Assembly: GCF_009914755.1 (NCBI RefSeq)
Contig: NC_060930.1
Strand: one strand, 5' to 3'
Source of the DNA: the human T2T-CHM13v2.0 reference genome, Homo sapiens
Length of the DNA: 64,000 nucleotides
Shown here: positions 38,077 through 53,115 of the stretch, in pieces
How positions within the stretch are numbered: the first letter of the stretch is position 1
Layout of the letters: every line of letters begins with the position of its first letter
Notes under the pieces: generated by a model
What the model saw: only the letters and a program-made list of their open reading frames with translations
Told to the model about the DNA's origin: nothing
The model's database searches: none
Program-made: the position numbers and the translations under genes

Positions 38077-38400
38077 CCTGTTCACACCCAAGAGATGTGA
38101 ATAAGAAGATAATGGCCTAGTTGTCTTGATAGTGATCTATTAGGAACTTGAAAGAAAGAGGCAAGCAGCACCTTTTAAAGGGAATCTGCCTTGACTTGAA
38201 AATGAGTGTTAATTGTCACTAGTTGGAGTCCGAAATAATGTTGCTTTGATATTATTTACCCGGCATGATTCAGCCCTTACTTAGACTCTCCTGTAATTTG
38301 TCTGGTTGGGGGAAGTTGTGTTCCTTTTTGATGTTCCCTTTTTCTTTTAAAACTTCCAACCTTCTTCAGCACCTAAAGAAGAAAGGATAAACCTGTCCCC

Positions 38401-38800
38401 TGTGTGGGTTTTTCTCCATTTTCCCAGACCAATTCTCTGCCATCCTCTCCCAACTTGTTTCCTCAGGAGGCTCCTCTGCCTGGACTGGCTTCTCACTGGG
38501 GTTGACCAGTGGGAGACACTGGTAAATTGAAGGGCAGAGGAGAGAGAGGTCTTGGCTCTCTACTTTGAGGGCATGGTTCTGGCAGCAGTTATATCTTCTG
38601 TGTCCATGGCTCCTGGCAAGGATCCAGCTTTCAATGGAGCCCCATGACAGCTTCTTCCATTTACTCATTCAGTCTAAGTATGGAAATTACTTCTCTCTGG
38701 TTCCCTTCATCCTATCCATAACTCTGCAAGTAATCTCTTCATTAAAAATCTCTTTTGTTCAGCCATCAGACCTGTATCATTTCCTGTAAACCCGCTGGGC
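38401..38800 (+). mobile_element. LTR33-family LTR
   Basis: CAGGAGGCT..GGGTTGACCAGTGGGAGACACTGG..TCTTCATTAAA..TTTCCTG. Confidence 0.55.
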
Positions 38801-38899
38801 GCTTGGCCCAATTATCTTCATACTTAGCTATTCTCTTCTCTCAACCATTCTTTCTCAAAAATATTGAGAACTATTCTTTCTCAATAGAAAGAACAGAAT

Positions 38900-39195
38900 A
38901 TTCTTTCTATTCTTCAAAATTCCAATCAAAACCCATTTTCTCTTTAAAGCCTTCCCAGAAAGCCTTGCTACTTCCAAAACATTTTCAATGGGTACACTTT
39001 CTTTTGAGATATTTGTATATCTGTGTATTTTTACTTCCAATTTGCTCAACTCTATAATTAGATTTCAAGTGCCTCAAGGTTGGGAACTGTGTATACTGTT
39101 TAATTTAAAATACTCTTTTTAAAAAATACCCTGCCCAATAGGCCTCTACAAGATCTTGCATGTGCTGTATGTGGTAGGATAAATTGACTGAAAAA
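38900..39195 (+). mobile_element. L2 3' end fragment
   Basis: AAGCCTTCCC..TAGATTTCAAGTGCCTCAAGG..ATAAATTGACTGAA. Confidence 0.45.
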
Positions 39196-39529
39196 ATCAA
39201 GTCCAAGAGTATAAAAAGTCACATTTTTGCATATTGTAGTTGTGGAATATGTTGCATTTAATATTTATTATAGGAGATGCTTTGAATTTCTAGAAAGCAA
39301 AGTATAGGCAATTATATTCTCAAGGATTTTTATGATTTAAGGAAGTGGGGAAAAAAGTTTGTTTGTTCTTAAGTCAACTACTATGCCCCTTTTAACTAGC
39401 TGTGATGAGTAAGAATCATGAAAACCTACAATATAAGGAAAATGCCAGTTCCATGGCAGGCAAGTGTTGCACTATTAATAGTGGATTAGAAAAAGAAGCC
39501 AGAGCTTTGTACTTCTCTCTTAGTGCAAA

Positions 39530-39745
39530 GGCAACCTAGCATGGTAGAATGTACATAGACCTTGGTATTACATAGACTTGAGTTGGAATCCACTTTCACA
39601 GTGTAATACTTAGAAGATTTCCTAACTCTCTGGGTTTCAGTTTCCTTACTGGTAAAGGGAGGAAATCCATCTACTTTTCAAGACTGTTATGAAGAATAAT
39701 GAATCATAACTTAATGTCCATAGACATCTGGCTAATGGAAGGGCT
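39530..39745 (+). mobile_element. MIR SINE
   Basis: GCATGGTAGAA..GACTTGAGTTGGAATCC..TCTCTGGGTTTCAGTTTCCT. Confidence 0.7.
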
Positions 39746-40126
39746 GGCAAATATGTTTCCTTCTCACCTCCTCTTTCTGCCTATGCAACCAGTCAGTGTA
39801 ATTTCTCAGCTGTCTGTGTTGGGCCCTTGCATTGGGTCAAGTTCTTTGCAAGATGGTTCCTGGTGTCTAATAAGTGATTGTATTATCCATGGGCTGGTGC
39901 ATGTCAAATGACCCTTTTCACTATGGTAGTGGGAAACTAAAAGAGGGGAATGATTATGTAACAGAGCTTCCTATGAATGTTTGGAGAAGCAATTTTTATG
40001 TAGCTTGTTGTACTTCTTCCTTGCTTAGAATCACTGTTGAAGCCTCACTAGAAATGGAAAGTTAGCTTGGGATAGTGGGGAGAATAGCACTTTAAGTCCG
40101 AAAGTTTATTTTGAAGTTCAAATGGG

Positions 40127-40128
<2 letters not shown>

Positions 40129-40163
<35 letters not shown>
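40129..40163. repeat. (CA)n microsatellite
   Basis: Direct reading. Confidence 0.95.
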
Positions 40164-40165
<2 letters not shown>

Positions 40166-40167
<2 letters not shown>

Positions 40168-40380
40168 GGTTGAGTATCCCTTATCCAAAATGCTTGGGAC
40201 CCGAGGTGTTTGGGTTTCAGATTTTTTTTTTATTTTGGAATATCTGCATTATACCAGTTCAGCATCCCAAATCCAAAAATCTGAAATCTAAAATGCTCCA
40301 ATGAGCATTTCTTTTAAGCCTCTTGCCAGTGCTCAGAAAGTTTTGGATTTTGGAACTTATGGATTTTGGGTTTTCAGATT
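40166..40380 (+). mobile_element. Tigger4a/MER46-type Tc1-mariner MITE, right TIR missing
   Basis: TA followed by CAGGTTGAGTATCCCTTATCCAAAATGCTTGGGACC; internal AATCCAAAAATCTGAAATC / GGATTTTGG inverted tracts. Confidence 0.85.
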
Positions 40381-41007
40381 ATACACACACAAAGAGTCAT
40401 ATAAGGAACTGAGGAGGGAAACAGCTGACTATGACAGAATGACAAGCTTCCTGCCATATAACATATGAAGATGAAATCTTAAGCTACTAGCAGTGTGACT
40501 CTGGGCTAGTCATTTGTCCCCCATGAGACCCTAATGCAGAGTCTTTGCTCATTTGAATTCAACATGTATTTACTTAGCACCTGACTCATTTAAGTCACTC
40601 AGCTAGAATATGAACTCTACCTTATGTCAAGGCTTTCATCCTACCAGGTGGTCTATTGAGTTAATTAGCCATCTTGAATCCTATGCAAATACTTTTACTG
40701 AACTCTTATAAAGCAAACAAACAAACAAAATATCCTGCTTAGACTGGAACTATGTAACAATAATTTACTTAAGCGTATTCAGATACTTTCTAATTTATGT
40801 ACTTACTTTTCTTAGTGAAATGAAACAGAACTCTAACTATGTCCTTTCGTTGGATTTCCTTAGTTCCCATAATAGTTGAAGAAATAGTCCCAATCTCAGG
40901 AAGCATGGCCCAAGAAGCTCTACTCAGAATCAATTTTCTTGGTTAGGTGGAATTGGTTAGCACAATCTCCACCTCCTACTACCACGAGTCATGCTATGGG
41001 AAAAGGA

Positions 41008-41595
41008 AGTTGGCAGATAGACTTTAGGATGCCCCTCTCTGCTGATATGCACATCCTTATATATTTCCTCTTCTTGAGTGTGGGTGGAAGCTGTGACTTG
41101 CTTCTGACCAATAGAATAAAACAAAGGTAATGGATGTCACTCCTGCGATTACGTTATAAAAGATTCAGTCTTACTAATAGTCTTTCTCTAGAGACTGTCT
41201 CCCCTAGCTGGATTTGAAAAAGTAAGCAACCATGTTGGGAGGTACATGTGGCAAGTAACTGGGATAGCCTCTACTTGCTGAGGGTAACCTCCAGCTGACC
41301 ACCAGCAAGAAGCCAGGACCCTCAGTCCTATGCTAAGGAAAAAAATTCTGCCAACAATCTGAGTGAACTTGGAAGTGGATTCTTCTCCAGCTGAGTCTCC
41401 AGAGGAAACCTCAGCCCCAGCTAACATCTTGAATAGCTAAGACTTTACAGCCCTGTAAGGCCCAGAACAGAGGACCTGCTAAGTTGTGCCTAAACTCCTG
41501 TTCTACAGAAACCATGAGATATAATAATAAGTATGCATTGCTTTAAACCTCTATGTTTGTGGTAATTTGTTACCCAGCAGTAGATAACTAATACA
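41008..41595 (+). mobile_element. MLT1E/F-type solo LTR
   Basis: TTGAGTGTGGGTGGAAGCTGTGACTTGCTTCTGACCAATAGAATA..GGTAATTTGTTACCCAGCAGTAGATAACTAATACA. Confidence 0.88.
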
Positions 41596-42516
41596 AGAAA
41601 GTAGGTAGTCTATATTATGCAATTTGTTATATAGCTGTTTATGATCAGAAAAATACACTGGGAATCTAAATTTCTTCAATATTTTAGAGTTACTTTCTTT
41701 TCAGTATAAGAAGCCAATAAGAAAATAATAGCTTCTTTGCAAACATTATAAACCACGCTTTTAAATCTGTTTTAGTCCTTTAAGGATACAAAACAGTTGT
41801 GAACTAGGAAAAACATGTTTTCTTCTCTATGCTTATAGTCTGATACACAAACATTTGGGATTAGGAGGGAAAGAAGATATTATTAAATGTCCATTGATGA
41901 GTGTTACATTGATTGCATGTGGCAATTTCCCTTCAGCAAAATATAGTGCATCAACCATTTGGAACTTTATTTAATATTTTTTCTCATTATTGATGCTTTT
42001 AGTTTGATGACACAGATACATTGGTAAAAACAGATGGTTTGGCAAAAGTCTGGGCTTTTGAGGCCTTATGAGCAAGGCACTGCCCTCATACAGCATCAAA
42101 GAGCTTCCATGGGCAGGAACCTTTCTTTTTAGTGATCCACAACAACCTCCCAGAGATAGGAAGCTGGGGCCCAGGCACTAAAGTCTAATGAGCCAGTCAT
42201 GCAGCAGCAAGGAGAACTAACTCCTCAGAGGCTGAGAAAATTTCTCCTTCATAGCACAGTCACTTAATAAGAATATGTAAAAATTCCCTTTCCTTTTCTT
42301 CAAGAGAATGCACAGAATTTATCAGAATAGAGAATATACACTCAAACTCAGAGTGTTTTATTTTCAAATAGTATATCAATGAATATAACCATTTGCCAGT
42401 AGCCACAGTACATTTTATCAATAACAAATACTAGTGAGATATTCAAATCTTGTTAATATGAGATATCATTGCTCTGGGAATTGCCATAGGAAGTCTTTGA
42501 GCACTACATATAAACC

Positions 42517-42681
42517 AGTGATTCTCAGTCTTAGCTGCATACTGGAATCTCTGCAGAGCTTTAAACATCTCAATGCCCAGGTTACAGAATTACATTAGAA
42601 TTTCAGGGGGGATTTGAAGCCATCACAATTTTTTAAAGCTCCCTAGGTGATTTCCAAGGTGATGTAGTATTGAGAACTACA
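42517..42681. mobile_element. MER5-type hAT-Charlie MITE
   Basis: TIR-like CAGTGATTCTCA..TGAGAACTAC; AAGCTCCCTAGGTGATT. Confidence 0.75.
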
Positions 42682-42956
42682 GAGACTTTATAGTTATATT
42701 AACACTTTCCCTGTGGTCACACATTTAATGATTTGAACTGAAAGGTAACTCAGGTAAAAATCAGGAAATAAGCAAAAGCACATAAACAAAGCAACAAAAT
42801 CACAAGAACAAAGCAACAGTAACAACTATAAACTTTTGTTTTTTTACTCCCAAAGGCGCATTTTCTCTTCCATTACATGCTTACTGAACACTTAATTTAT
42901 ACATTCTGCTAAGGGCTGGTAATCAGAACAATGACCCAGACCCTAACCATGTAGAT

Positions 42957-43238
42957 TTTTTTTTTTTTTTTTTTTTGAGACAGAGTCTTGCTCTATTGTC
43001 CGGGCTGGAGTGCAGTGGTGTGATCATGGCTCACTGCAATCTCGACCTCCCCAGGCTCAGGTTGATCCTTCCATCTCAGACAGGTACGCACCACCACACC
43101 TGGCTAATTTTTAATTTTTTAGAGATGGTGTTTCACCCTGTTGCTCAGGCTGGTCTCAAACTGCTGGGCTTGAGTGATCTGCCCACCTTGGCCTCCTAAA
43201 GTGTTGGGATTACAGGTGTGAGCCACTGCACCCAGCCT
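42957..43238 (-). mobile_element. AluJ with internal deletion
   Basis: GATCATGGCTCACTGCA, GGGCTTGAGTGATC (J-type positions); GTAGCTGGGA segment absent. Confidence 0.93.
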
Positions 43239-43504
43239 GAGGTAGAATTTTTAATCTGTTGACCGATACAGATAAGTTAATAATTAGAACTTCAATAGTA
43301 GAAAATTTTTTGCATAAAATAAAGGGTGTTGGATAAACGCAAAGGAGAGGGACATAGGCCTAGGGTGTGCAAAAGTTTATTGAATTAGTTGACACTTTAT
43401 TTGAGTCTGAAAGAAAGGAGATTGATGGAGAAGTGTGGACAAGAACTACAGGCTAAGGGAATAGGATGATACAGACACAAAGGCAAGTAAGAACATGGTC
43501 CCTG

Positions 43505-43971
43505 ATGTAGGCCCCTCCCCTGTCTCCTGCAAGATGTCCACGTCCTAATCCCTGGAACCTGTGGATATGTTATGTTACATGACAGAGGAGATTGAGTTTC
43601 CTGGTCAGTTAACCTTAAAATAGAGAGATTATCCTGGATTATTCAGAGGGACCCAATATAGTCACCAAAGACCCTTTAAAGTGGAGGAGAGAGACAGGGG
43701 AAGGTCAAAGTCAGAGAGAGAAGTAAAATGCTATGCTGCTGTCTTAGAAGACAAGGGAGGGGGCCAGGAGCCAAGGAATACAGTTGGCCTTTAGAAGCTG
43801 GAGAAGGCAAGGTAATGGATTCTCCTCAAGAGCCTGCAGAAGAAACATAGCCCTGCTAACACCTTGGTTATAGACTTCTGACCTCCATAACTTTGGGATA
43901 ATATAGTTGTGTCATTTTAAAACCATTAAGTTCATAGTAAATTGTTATAACAGCAATAGGAAGCGAATACA
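43505..43971 (+). mobile_element. MLT1D-type solo LTR
   Basis: AAGATGTCCACGTCCTAATCCCTGGAACCTGTG..GAGATTATCCTGGATTAT..CAGCAATAGGAAGCGAATACA. Confidence 0.9.
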
Positions 43972-44129
43972 GTTCTGCTCAGGGAAATGCAAGTGAGGAT
44001 ATGTCTGGGATAAAGTGTTAGTAAACCATTGAATGACTTTTGGCAGGGGAAGAAATGAAGCAGGATCATATTATAGAAAAGCCCTACTTACAGCAATATT
44101 GATGATAGTTTGAAATAGGGTCAACTCCA

Positions 44130-44428
<299 letters not shown>

Positions 44429-44519
44429 TCAACTCTACAAGGCAGCAGGATATGAGGGAGGAAGATTAGAGAGGAGACTGATGTAGTAATTTGAGTAAGA
44501 ATAATAATAAAAAAAGGTA

Positions 44520-44760
44520 ATAGCTGCTTTTTATTGAAGGTTTATGCATTACCCTGTATTTTATAGCTTAAATCTAATCTTTTATTCTTAAAAAAGTCTC
44601 AAAGGAAGTATTAATACTCATATTTTATAGAAGAGGTAACTGAGGCTTGGAGAATTTAATGAAGTTCCTGAAGATTATGCAGCTAATTAGTGATGAGCTA
44701 GGTGTGGGATCAGGTCTGTTGACCTTAAAGCACGTGTTCTTTCCACTACATCACTGTGCC
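44520..44760 (-). mobile_element. MIR SINE
   Basis: ATTTTATAGAAGAGGTAACTGAGGCTTGGAGA..CAGCTAATTAGTG..TTCCACTACA. Confidence 0.75.
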
Positions 44761-45193
44761 TGAAAAGAAAGACAGATAGCAGCTCACCGAGGAGTGAATG
44801 AGAAAATTTTTTAAAGTGCAAGAAATCAGGGCCATTGGAAACAGTCTTCAGTATCGCAGAAGCATTTGAAGGTTTCAGAATAATAACCGAAGTTCAAGAA
44901 AGTGAGCCTAAGTCATGAAGGAAAAATAAAATGTTAAATATTGACTTTCTTTTTCTGTTAAATTCTCAAACCCTTTATGACTATGCCAATAACTTTTACC
45001 AATGTATAAAAGATTCGCTGCCATCGGTATCCACACTGGTGCTGTCTGATGGGTGAGAGCTGAGCTGATACAATCAGTGTAGAGTGAGAGGAACTCTGTG
45101 TGATAGGTAATAGGCAGAGTGTAACACCAAATCCAAATCAAGAAAGGTGGCTCACTTTCTGGGAAAATGGAAGAACTTTCTGCAGGATACTAA

Positions 45194-45513
<320 letters not shown>

Positions 45514-46109
45514 CTAAAAGAGATCTCGATCAGGGATGCTCCTAGCTCGCTACTCAAATACCTACCTAATTCTGAAAGACAACTAAGTGTATAGTGGATA
45601 AACTCAACTTCTTAAGTTTGTCATCAACATTCAAATATTCAAGAGTGCTCATCAAAACTCAAAAAGGCTGAGAATTACTGGAATATGTTTTGTTCACCTC
45701 TGTCTCCTCATGCCTAATGGGGGTCATGTTGATATTTATTGACTTGACTAAATGAAACATGTTCAATTTTCATTTTTCTTGTTGTTGTTACTGGTTTGGT
45801 TACATATAGTGCCAAGATCTTAGCTCTAATCAATTATAGCTCCTGCCTATTCATTAATGATCTCTAAGGAAAATCCAAATTCTTAGGTTGTACTATTAAT
45901 TCATAATGAGTATTGTCTGAAGTAAGGGTGCCTTTGATTAGGTTAAGCTAGAATCTTTTCTTTTATAATCCAAGAAGATTTTCATTAAATGATTGTTTCA
46001 GTGTGATATGGTCTGTGTTATTGCTATCATATTTGGCTTGAATGTGATTTGGCTCACAAGACCACAAATGTTTTCCTTTTAAAAAAGATTTATTTATTTT
46101 ATTTTGAAT

Positions 46110-46645
46110 GTGCTCTATTTTTTGAGCAGTTTCAGGTTTAGAAAAAAATTGTGCAGGAAGTATAGAGAGTTTCCATATATCCCCTCTGCTTCCACCCTCT
46201 AGTTTCCAGTATTATTAACATTTTGCATTCCTGTGGTATATTTGTTATAATTGATGAACCAATATTGACACATTAATATCAACCGAGTATACAGTTTACA
46301 TTAGGTTTCACTCTTAGTATTGAACATAATTCAGGTTTGGACAAATGCATAAAGTCAGGTATCTACCATTACAGTATAATACAGAACAGTTTTGTTGCCC
46401 TAAAATTATTCTGCATTCCACCTATTCATTCCCTACTCCCAACACCAAGCCTCTGGCAACTACTGAACTTTTTACTGTCTTCATAGTTTATCTTTGTCCA
46501 GAATGTCTCACAATTCAGATCATACCAGTATGTAGCCTTTTCAGACTGTCTTCTTTCACTTAGCAATATGCATTTAAGGTTCCTCCTCATCTTTTCATGT
46601 CTTAATAGCTCATTTCTTTTAAGTCTGAATAATACACAGCTATAT
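46110..46645 (-). mobile_element. L1MC/MD-type 3' fragment
   Basis: GAGCAGTTTCAGGTTTA..ATTGATGAACCAATATTGACACAT..TATGTAGCCTTTTCAGACTG..CACTTAGCAATATGCATTTAAGGTTCCT. Confidence 0.85.
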
Positions 46646-47577
46646 TCTATGGGGGTCATACAAAGAATTAATAAGGAACATCTGAAAGGGGAGAAAACCG
46701 CAAATAGGACTTCACCATTGTGGTCTCAAAACTGAACACACACCAATGTGAAGGTGGACAGAGACACAAAATCCCCACAACCATAGAAGGAGAGTGAAAT
46801 CGATGAGCAGACTTAGAAAGTGCAGAGCAAAACAAAACAGTGCAGACTGAAAAATAGAGAAGCCGTCAATAGGTCAGAGGCTGAGAGATGCTGAGTTAAA
46901 GAGATATGACAGACTACTGAGATGGAGAAATTCTGCTCACTGATTGCATGGATCAATATGAGAGACGCTGCTAAAATACCTCCTCCATGTCACGTTATCA
47001 TAAATCTGTCCAAAGAGAGGCTCCCTTCAATCCCCAAGCTGTTCATCTTCATCTTTCAGATACCAATTTTACTATCAAGCTTAGCTTCTGTCATATTTCC
47101 AGTGTATATGCTTTTAGTCTCGGGTTTGCATTAAGTATTTATGAAATGTTGAGATTAATTGAATTCTCTAATTGTTTATATTTAGGGCAACTGAATACAT
47201 TATACCAGTTTCTGGAGGTTCTTTAGTTCAGTGGTCCCCAAATGCTGGCTCAGAGATTAGCTGTGCCAGAATCCTCTTGAAGGAATATACGAATGATAGC
47301 TTTGTAGCTCTTGCCTCTGGAGAGTCTCATTCACTGTGTCTGATGGTGCCCAAGTATCTGTATTTTTACAAAGTGCCTCAGGGGACTCTAATGCGGGGAT
47401 TTGTGAGCTGAGCTTCTTCTGTAGAAGGCAAGAAAGTGAGTATTTAAGACATTGGGGCTACATGGTCTTTGTTACCACCACTGAACTCTGCCATCTTAGC
47501 ATGAAAGCAAACGCAGACAACACATAAACAAATGAGCAGAGCTGTCTTGCAATAAAACTTTATTTATAAAAGCAGGT

Positions 47578-48510
<933 letters not shown>

Positions 48511-49726
48511 TGGAAGGAGGCATGAATTTGGCCCATGGATGTAGTTTACTAACCTCTGGTCTAATGAGCAGCCAGGGTATGGAATCACCAGCAAGAGTTC
48601 ATTTCCTCTTGGAGTTAGAATGGCAGCCAAGTCCACCTTTATTTTCTTTTGACTGGGAATTATTTCTGGAGATGGAAATCCCTGGTGTTTAACAGCATGC
48701 AATCTTTGCCAACTTCCATGGAAAACAAGGGACTCTTAGTGTCATATTCGGATCAAATGGCATTCCATATGACTATGTTCTACTCCAGTCCTCCAAAATC
48801 TACCTGGCACCAAATACCAGATAGGGCTTCTCATGAGGAGGTATTCCAAGTGCATTATTTGCCTTCAGAAGTTTTTTATTCCCTGTACATCCCTCTCTGT
48901 CTCTGTCTCTCTCCCTTGATTCTTGTGTCAGTTAAATTGCTTTTCTTCCACACAGAAAAACAAGTGAGCACAGAGAGACCTGAAGGGTTTTTCTAAAACT
49001 ACTGTCTGTTGGCAGTGGAATAGAAGTCCTCATATGTGGAGACATGAGGAGTTTGATGACAACCATTCCCCTTCCAAATGCTATTAATTTACTTATCTTT
49101 TCCCAATGATAGTTTAATGATCAAACTGTAGCAAAGTGCCTACTCAATTACAAATCTGGAATCAGTGAATTAGTACCAATTAATGAGATTTTATCATTTA
49201 TAAAGGGATGACATTACTTTTATATATAAAACTAGAATGATATTTAAAATGAGGCAACCATAGACGTTTTATCTATAGAAGTTTCTTTAATTCAACAAAA
49301 TTTTGTACTTTCAAGACTGAAGTGAACTAAAACTGGTTTCCTTATTCAGAACAGTTTCCTTTGCCCCCTTAATTTTCTGATCAGACATCTCAGAGAAGTC
49401 ACAAAATGGCATGTCCAATCAGGTTGGTAAAATAATGCACTTATTAGCTAGGGCATAGATTAATGCTTAAAGGAGTATACTTTTTAGGTTCACAGCAAAA
49501 CCTCATTTTAAAACTAAACACTGCTCTAAAAATGAAGTCTACTGAAAAAAAAAAGAAAGTTTATTGGCTCAATTGATAAGTTTTTATCTTTATCTCATTG
49601 CTTGTTAACATACACTAAAGTAGTTTCTTTTTTCTATTTTTGTCACTGAGGCTTATACACCTCAGGTGCCCTTAAAAAAGTGTAGAAGAACAATTAATGG
49701 TGGGAGTAAGGAATTAATGGAAGAAG

Positions 49727-49727
<1 letters not shown>

Positions 49728-49763
<36 letters not shown>
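49728..49763. repeat. (TG)n microsatellite
   Basis: Direct reading. Confidence 0.95.
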
Positions 49764-49766
<3 letters not shown>

Positions 49767-49854
49767 AATATGCAGTTGTTGTAAAGCAGCTTAGTGTAAG
49801 AGAGGTGGAAGTTTACATATCTTTCCATGTATTACATGAAGTAAGTTTCTGTAG

Positions 49855-50224
49855 TGCTGTGATCTGAATGTTTGTGTTTCCCCAAAATTCCTATGTTGAA
49901 ACCTAAGGCTTAATGTGTTGGTATTAGGAGGTGGGACTTTTGGGGTGGTTAGATAATGGAGGCACAGCCCACATGGATGGGATTAGTGCCCTTATAAGTG
50001 GCTGGAAAGACCAGAGGTCTTCCCTTTCACCATGTGAGGACCTAGCAAGAAGGCACCATCCGACAAGAAAGTGGGACCTCATCAGATACCAAATCTGCTG
50101 GTGCCTTAGTCATAAAATTCTCAGCCTCCAGAACAGTGAGAAATAAATATTTGTTGTTTATAAGCCATCTAGTTTATAGTAATTTGATAGCATTTTGTTA
50201 TAACATCCTGAATAGACTAAGACA
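49855..50224 (+). mobile_element. MLT1A-type solo LTR
   Basis: TGCTGTGATCTGAATGTTTGTG..GGATTAGTGCCCTTATAA..CAGCCTCCAGAACAGTGAGAAATAAAT..GACTAAGACA. Confidence 0.9.
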
Positions 50225-50659
50225 TCTATCTACCTGGCCTAATCGTGTTCCTACATATTATTTCAGTTTCCCTGAGGGATTTTAAAATGGCATACTATTT
50301 TACAACTCTCAGGTAGTCCTCCCAGAGTTGGCTGTTGTTTCAAAACTCCTTTTCCTGAGGAAAATATCTATGGTGGTAGTCAGGCCATCTGAGTGAGCTG
50401 TGGTCTACACAAATTTACGTGCTTAAGCACAGGTACTGATGTGCTTCATTCATTCACATGTTTATGCGACAGCAAGCACTTCCTTTGTCCAAGTAGGCAA
50501 TGTGGTAGAGCTGCCAGGGATGGGGACACAAAGAAGGCATGATTGCAGCAGTAAGGGCCCTGACCTAGATCAGAGGTGGGAAAAATAAAAAAGAGCAATT
50601 GAAATAAGGATTAGAAACACAGCAATGACCTCACAGATAAGGAGCTCATCCTATTGGCC

Positions 50660-50830
50660 AATCCCATGAAAATTGCTTAACATACTCACATTCTTTTAGT
50701 TCTTAGCAACACCATGCAGGTCCTATCATGCCCATTTTACAGGGAGCAGGAATAACCATCATTACTGGTAGAACTGGAATTCAAACCCAGTGTTTAATTC
50801 TAGAGTCTAAGCTCTTAATCTTATGCTCTT
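50660..50830 (-). mobile_element. MIR fragment
   Basis: CCCATTTTACAGG..GAACTGGAATTCAAACCCAG..CTCTTAA. Confidence 0.7.
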
Positions 50831-50934
50831 TAGCAAAATGCTGCCATTGTCTTTATATACTTTGGATGGGCAAAAAAATGCCACTACTGGTGGTGCAGGA
50901 ACTAATGCCTTAAAAAAGTGACAACATAAGGATA

Positions 50935-51170
50935 TCTAGCATGGCAGTAGAGTGAAGATTGGCTCTATGTTCTAACTCAAGGAAGCTTGAGTTACGGTCC
51001 ATGGGAATATTGCTTAACCCCTCATGTTTCTCATTGCTTAACCTCATGCTCCTCAAGTGTGATTGGATGTCAGCTATATAGTTCATAGGATTATCATAAG
51101 AATTAAATGAGATAGTGCATGAATAGTGCCTTGCTCAGTACTTGGCAGAAAGAATAGGAGTTCAATAGAA
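50935..51170 (+). mobile_element. MIR SINE
   Basis: TGCTTAACC..CATAGGATT..AATTAAATGAGATAGTGCATGAA..TCAATA. Confidence 0.7.
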
Positions 51171-51574
51171 ACTGCTCTGTTTTGATGATGATTAAGATGA
51201 AATGTGCCTGGCTAACTCCATATTCCAGAGTTACTCTGCCATTGATTCTGTATGAGTAAATGATTGGTAATCATTGTTCATAATTTTTTCTATGGGATAC
51301 TTATTTGTTTGAATAAGGGCCATGGAATTTGGAAGCTGAAATCAAAACCAATACACTTAAAATGAAAGAAAATCAAACAACGATTGAGTAATCTATCTAA
51401 CCCATCACTGAGTTTTGTTTGGTAACAATGATAGGACATAAAGAGCATACTTAAATTGCATTTCAAGTCATGGCAAATAATTCTTGGTGTTTTAGAGAGC
51501 AGATCCCCTTCCCAAAGACTTCTGAGCATGTGGCTGAAATTTCTTAAACATTCCTCAAATGAGGTTCAAATTAT

Positions 51575-51730
51575 GGCCATCCTATTTCTCACCTAGTGAC
51601 TGTGTTGTCCTGGCAAGTCTTTAGTCTACATTCGCTATTTCACTTCATCAAATAAAATAAATAATATTGTTAGACTCTAATGAATGAAGAATATACAATG
51701 TGGCAGCTACTTAGTACACATTCAATAGCA
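51575..51730 (+). mobile_element. MIR fragment
   Basis: CTGTGTTGTCCTGGCAAGTC..TTTCACTTCATC. Confidence 0.5.
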
Positions 51731-53115
51731 GTAAACTTCACCTTTCCTGTCACCTCAAAATAATATCCAATAACAAAAACGTTTTCTTGGGTGGGGTCAA
51801 GATGGCCGACTACAAACAGTGGTGATCAGAGGCTCCAACTGAAAAGAACCACAGTTAGCATGTGAATCCTTCACCAGCAACCAGGGTATCCAGATTCTCT
51901 CATCAGAACTGACTACGCAGCTGGCGTGACCCACGGATAGGAAGGAAGAGCAGTGAGGTGTGGTGGCCCACCTCAGAGCCACAAAAGGCAGGGGAGCCCC
52001 CACCCTCTAGCTAAGGGAGGGGGTGAGTGAGCATGCTACCCAGCCAGGGAAACCATGGTTGTTCCACAGAACTGTGCAACCCACAGATTGGAAGATCCCA
52101 CTCGCAAACTCACGCCACCAGGACCTAGGGTCCCAACCCTGGAGCCACACAGATTCTTAATAGCCTCTCAGCTGGAATATGCCTAAGCCTGCCAAGCTCC
52201 TGGGGGAGGGGCAACTGGCACCACAGCTGTGGCTGCCTGCTGCCTAGGCCATTTGAACTCCTTGGGGGAGGGGCAGCAGCCAGCACTGGGACTCATAATT
52301 GCCTAACACGCTAAGCTCCCTGGGCAGGGGAAGGGCGGCATCCATCCACCAGGCCGTGCTTTTCCCCTCCTGGAGCCAGGGAACCTGGACGGCTTGGTCC
52401 CCAAGAGGTCCCCACAGCCCAACACACTGGCTACGGCAGACTATGGCCAGAGCACCTCTTCAAGCCTGACCCTGACACATCCTTCCTCACTGGGCGGGGC
52501 TTCCCTGCAGGAACTCCAACAACTCTAGTCAGAGGCTCAGGGACAGAATCTGGATCTCCTTGGGCCTGAGCCCCTAGGGGTCAGGGTGGCCACAGTCTCT
52601 GCGGACCAGCAGACTTAGCCTTTCCTCCTGGTAGTTCTGAGGAATCTGGGCAGCCCAGAAGAGTGGGTTTTCCCCCAGCAAAGCACACCCCCCTCCACCA
52701 GGGGACATTCAAAGTGCTTTGTTAAATGGGTCCTGTTCCCTGTGCCATCCAACTGGGTGAGATCCTCCAACAGGGGTTGTCAGACACCCTATACAGGAGT
52801 GATATTACTGGCATCAGGTTGGTGCCCCTCAAGGTCAGAGATCCCAGGAGAAGGAGCAGGTACCCATCTTTGCTTCTTTCCAGCCTCCTTGAGTGACATC
52901 TCCAGGTATGAGAGCAAACCAGATGAATAGGGCCTGAAGTGAACCCCTGGCAAACTGCAGCAGCCCTATAGAAGAGAGACCTGACCATTGAAAGAAAAAA
53001 AACCCAAACAAACAGAAAGCAACAACAATAGCGTCAACAATAACAAAAAATCTCCATAAAAACCCCATCCAAGGGTCAGTAGCCTCAAAGATCGAAACTA
53101 GACAAACTCAAGAAG

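Noticed and set aside
51009-51054. Degenerate ~24-bp tandem duplication in a MIR (also a 12-bp one at ~32607 and a 13-bp one at ~29328)
   Set aside because: Ordinary slippage duplications with no further structure
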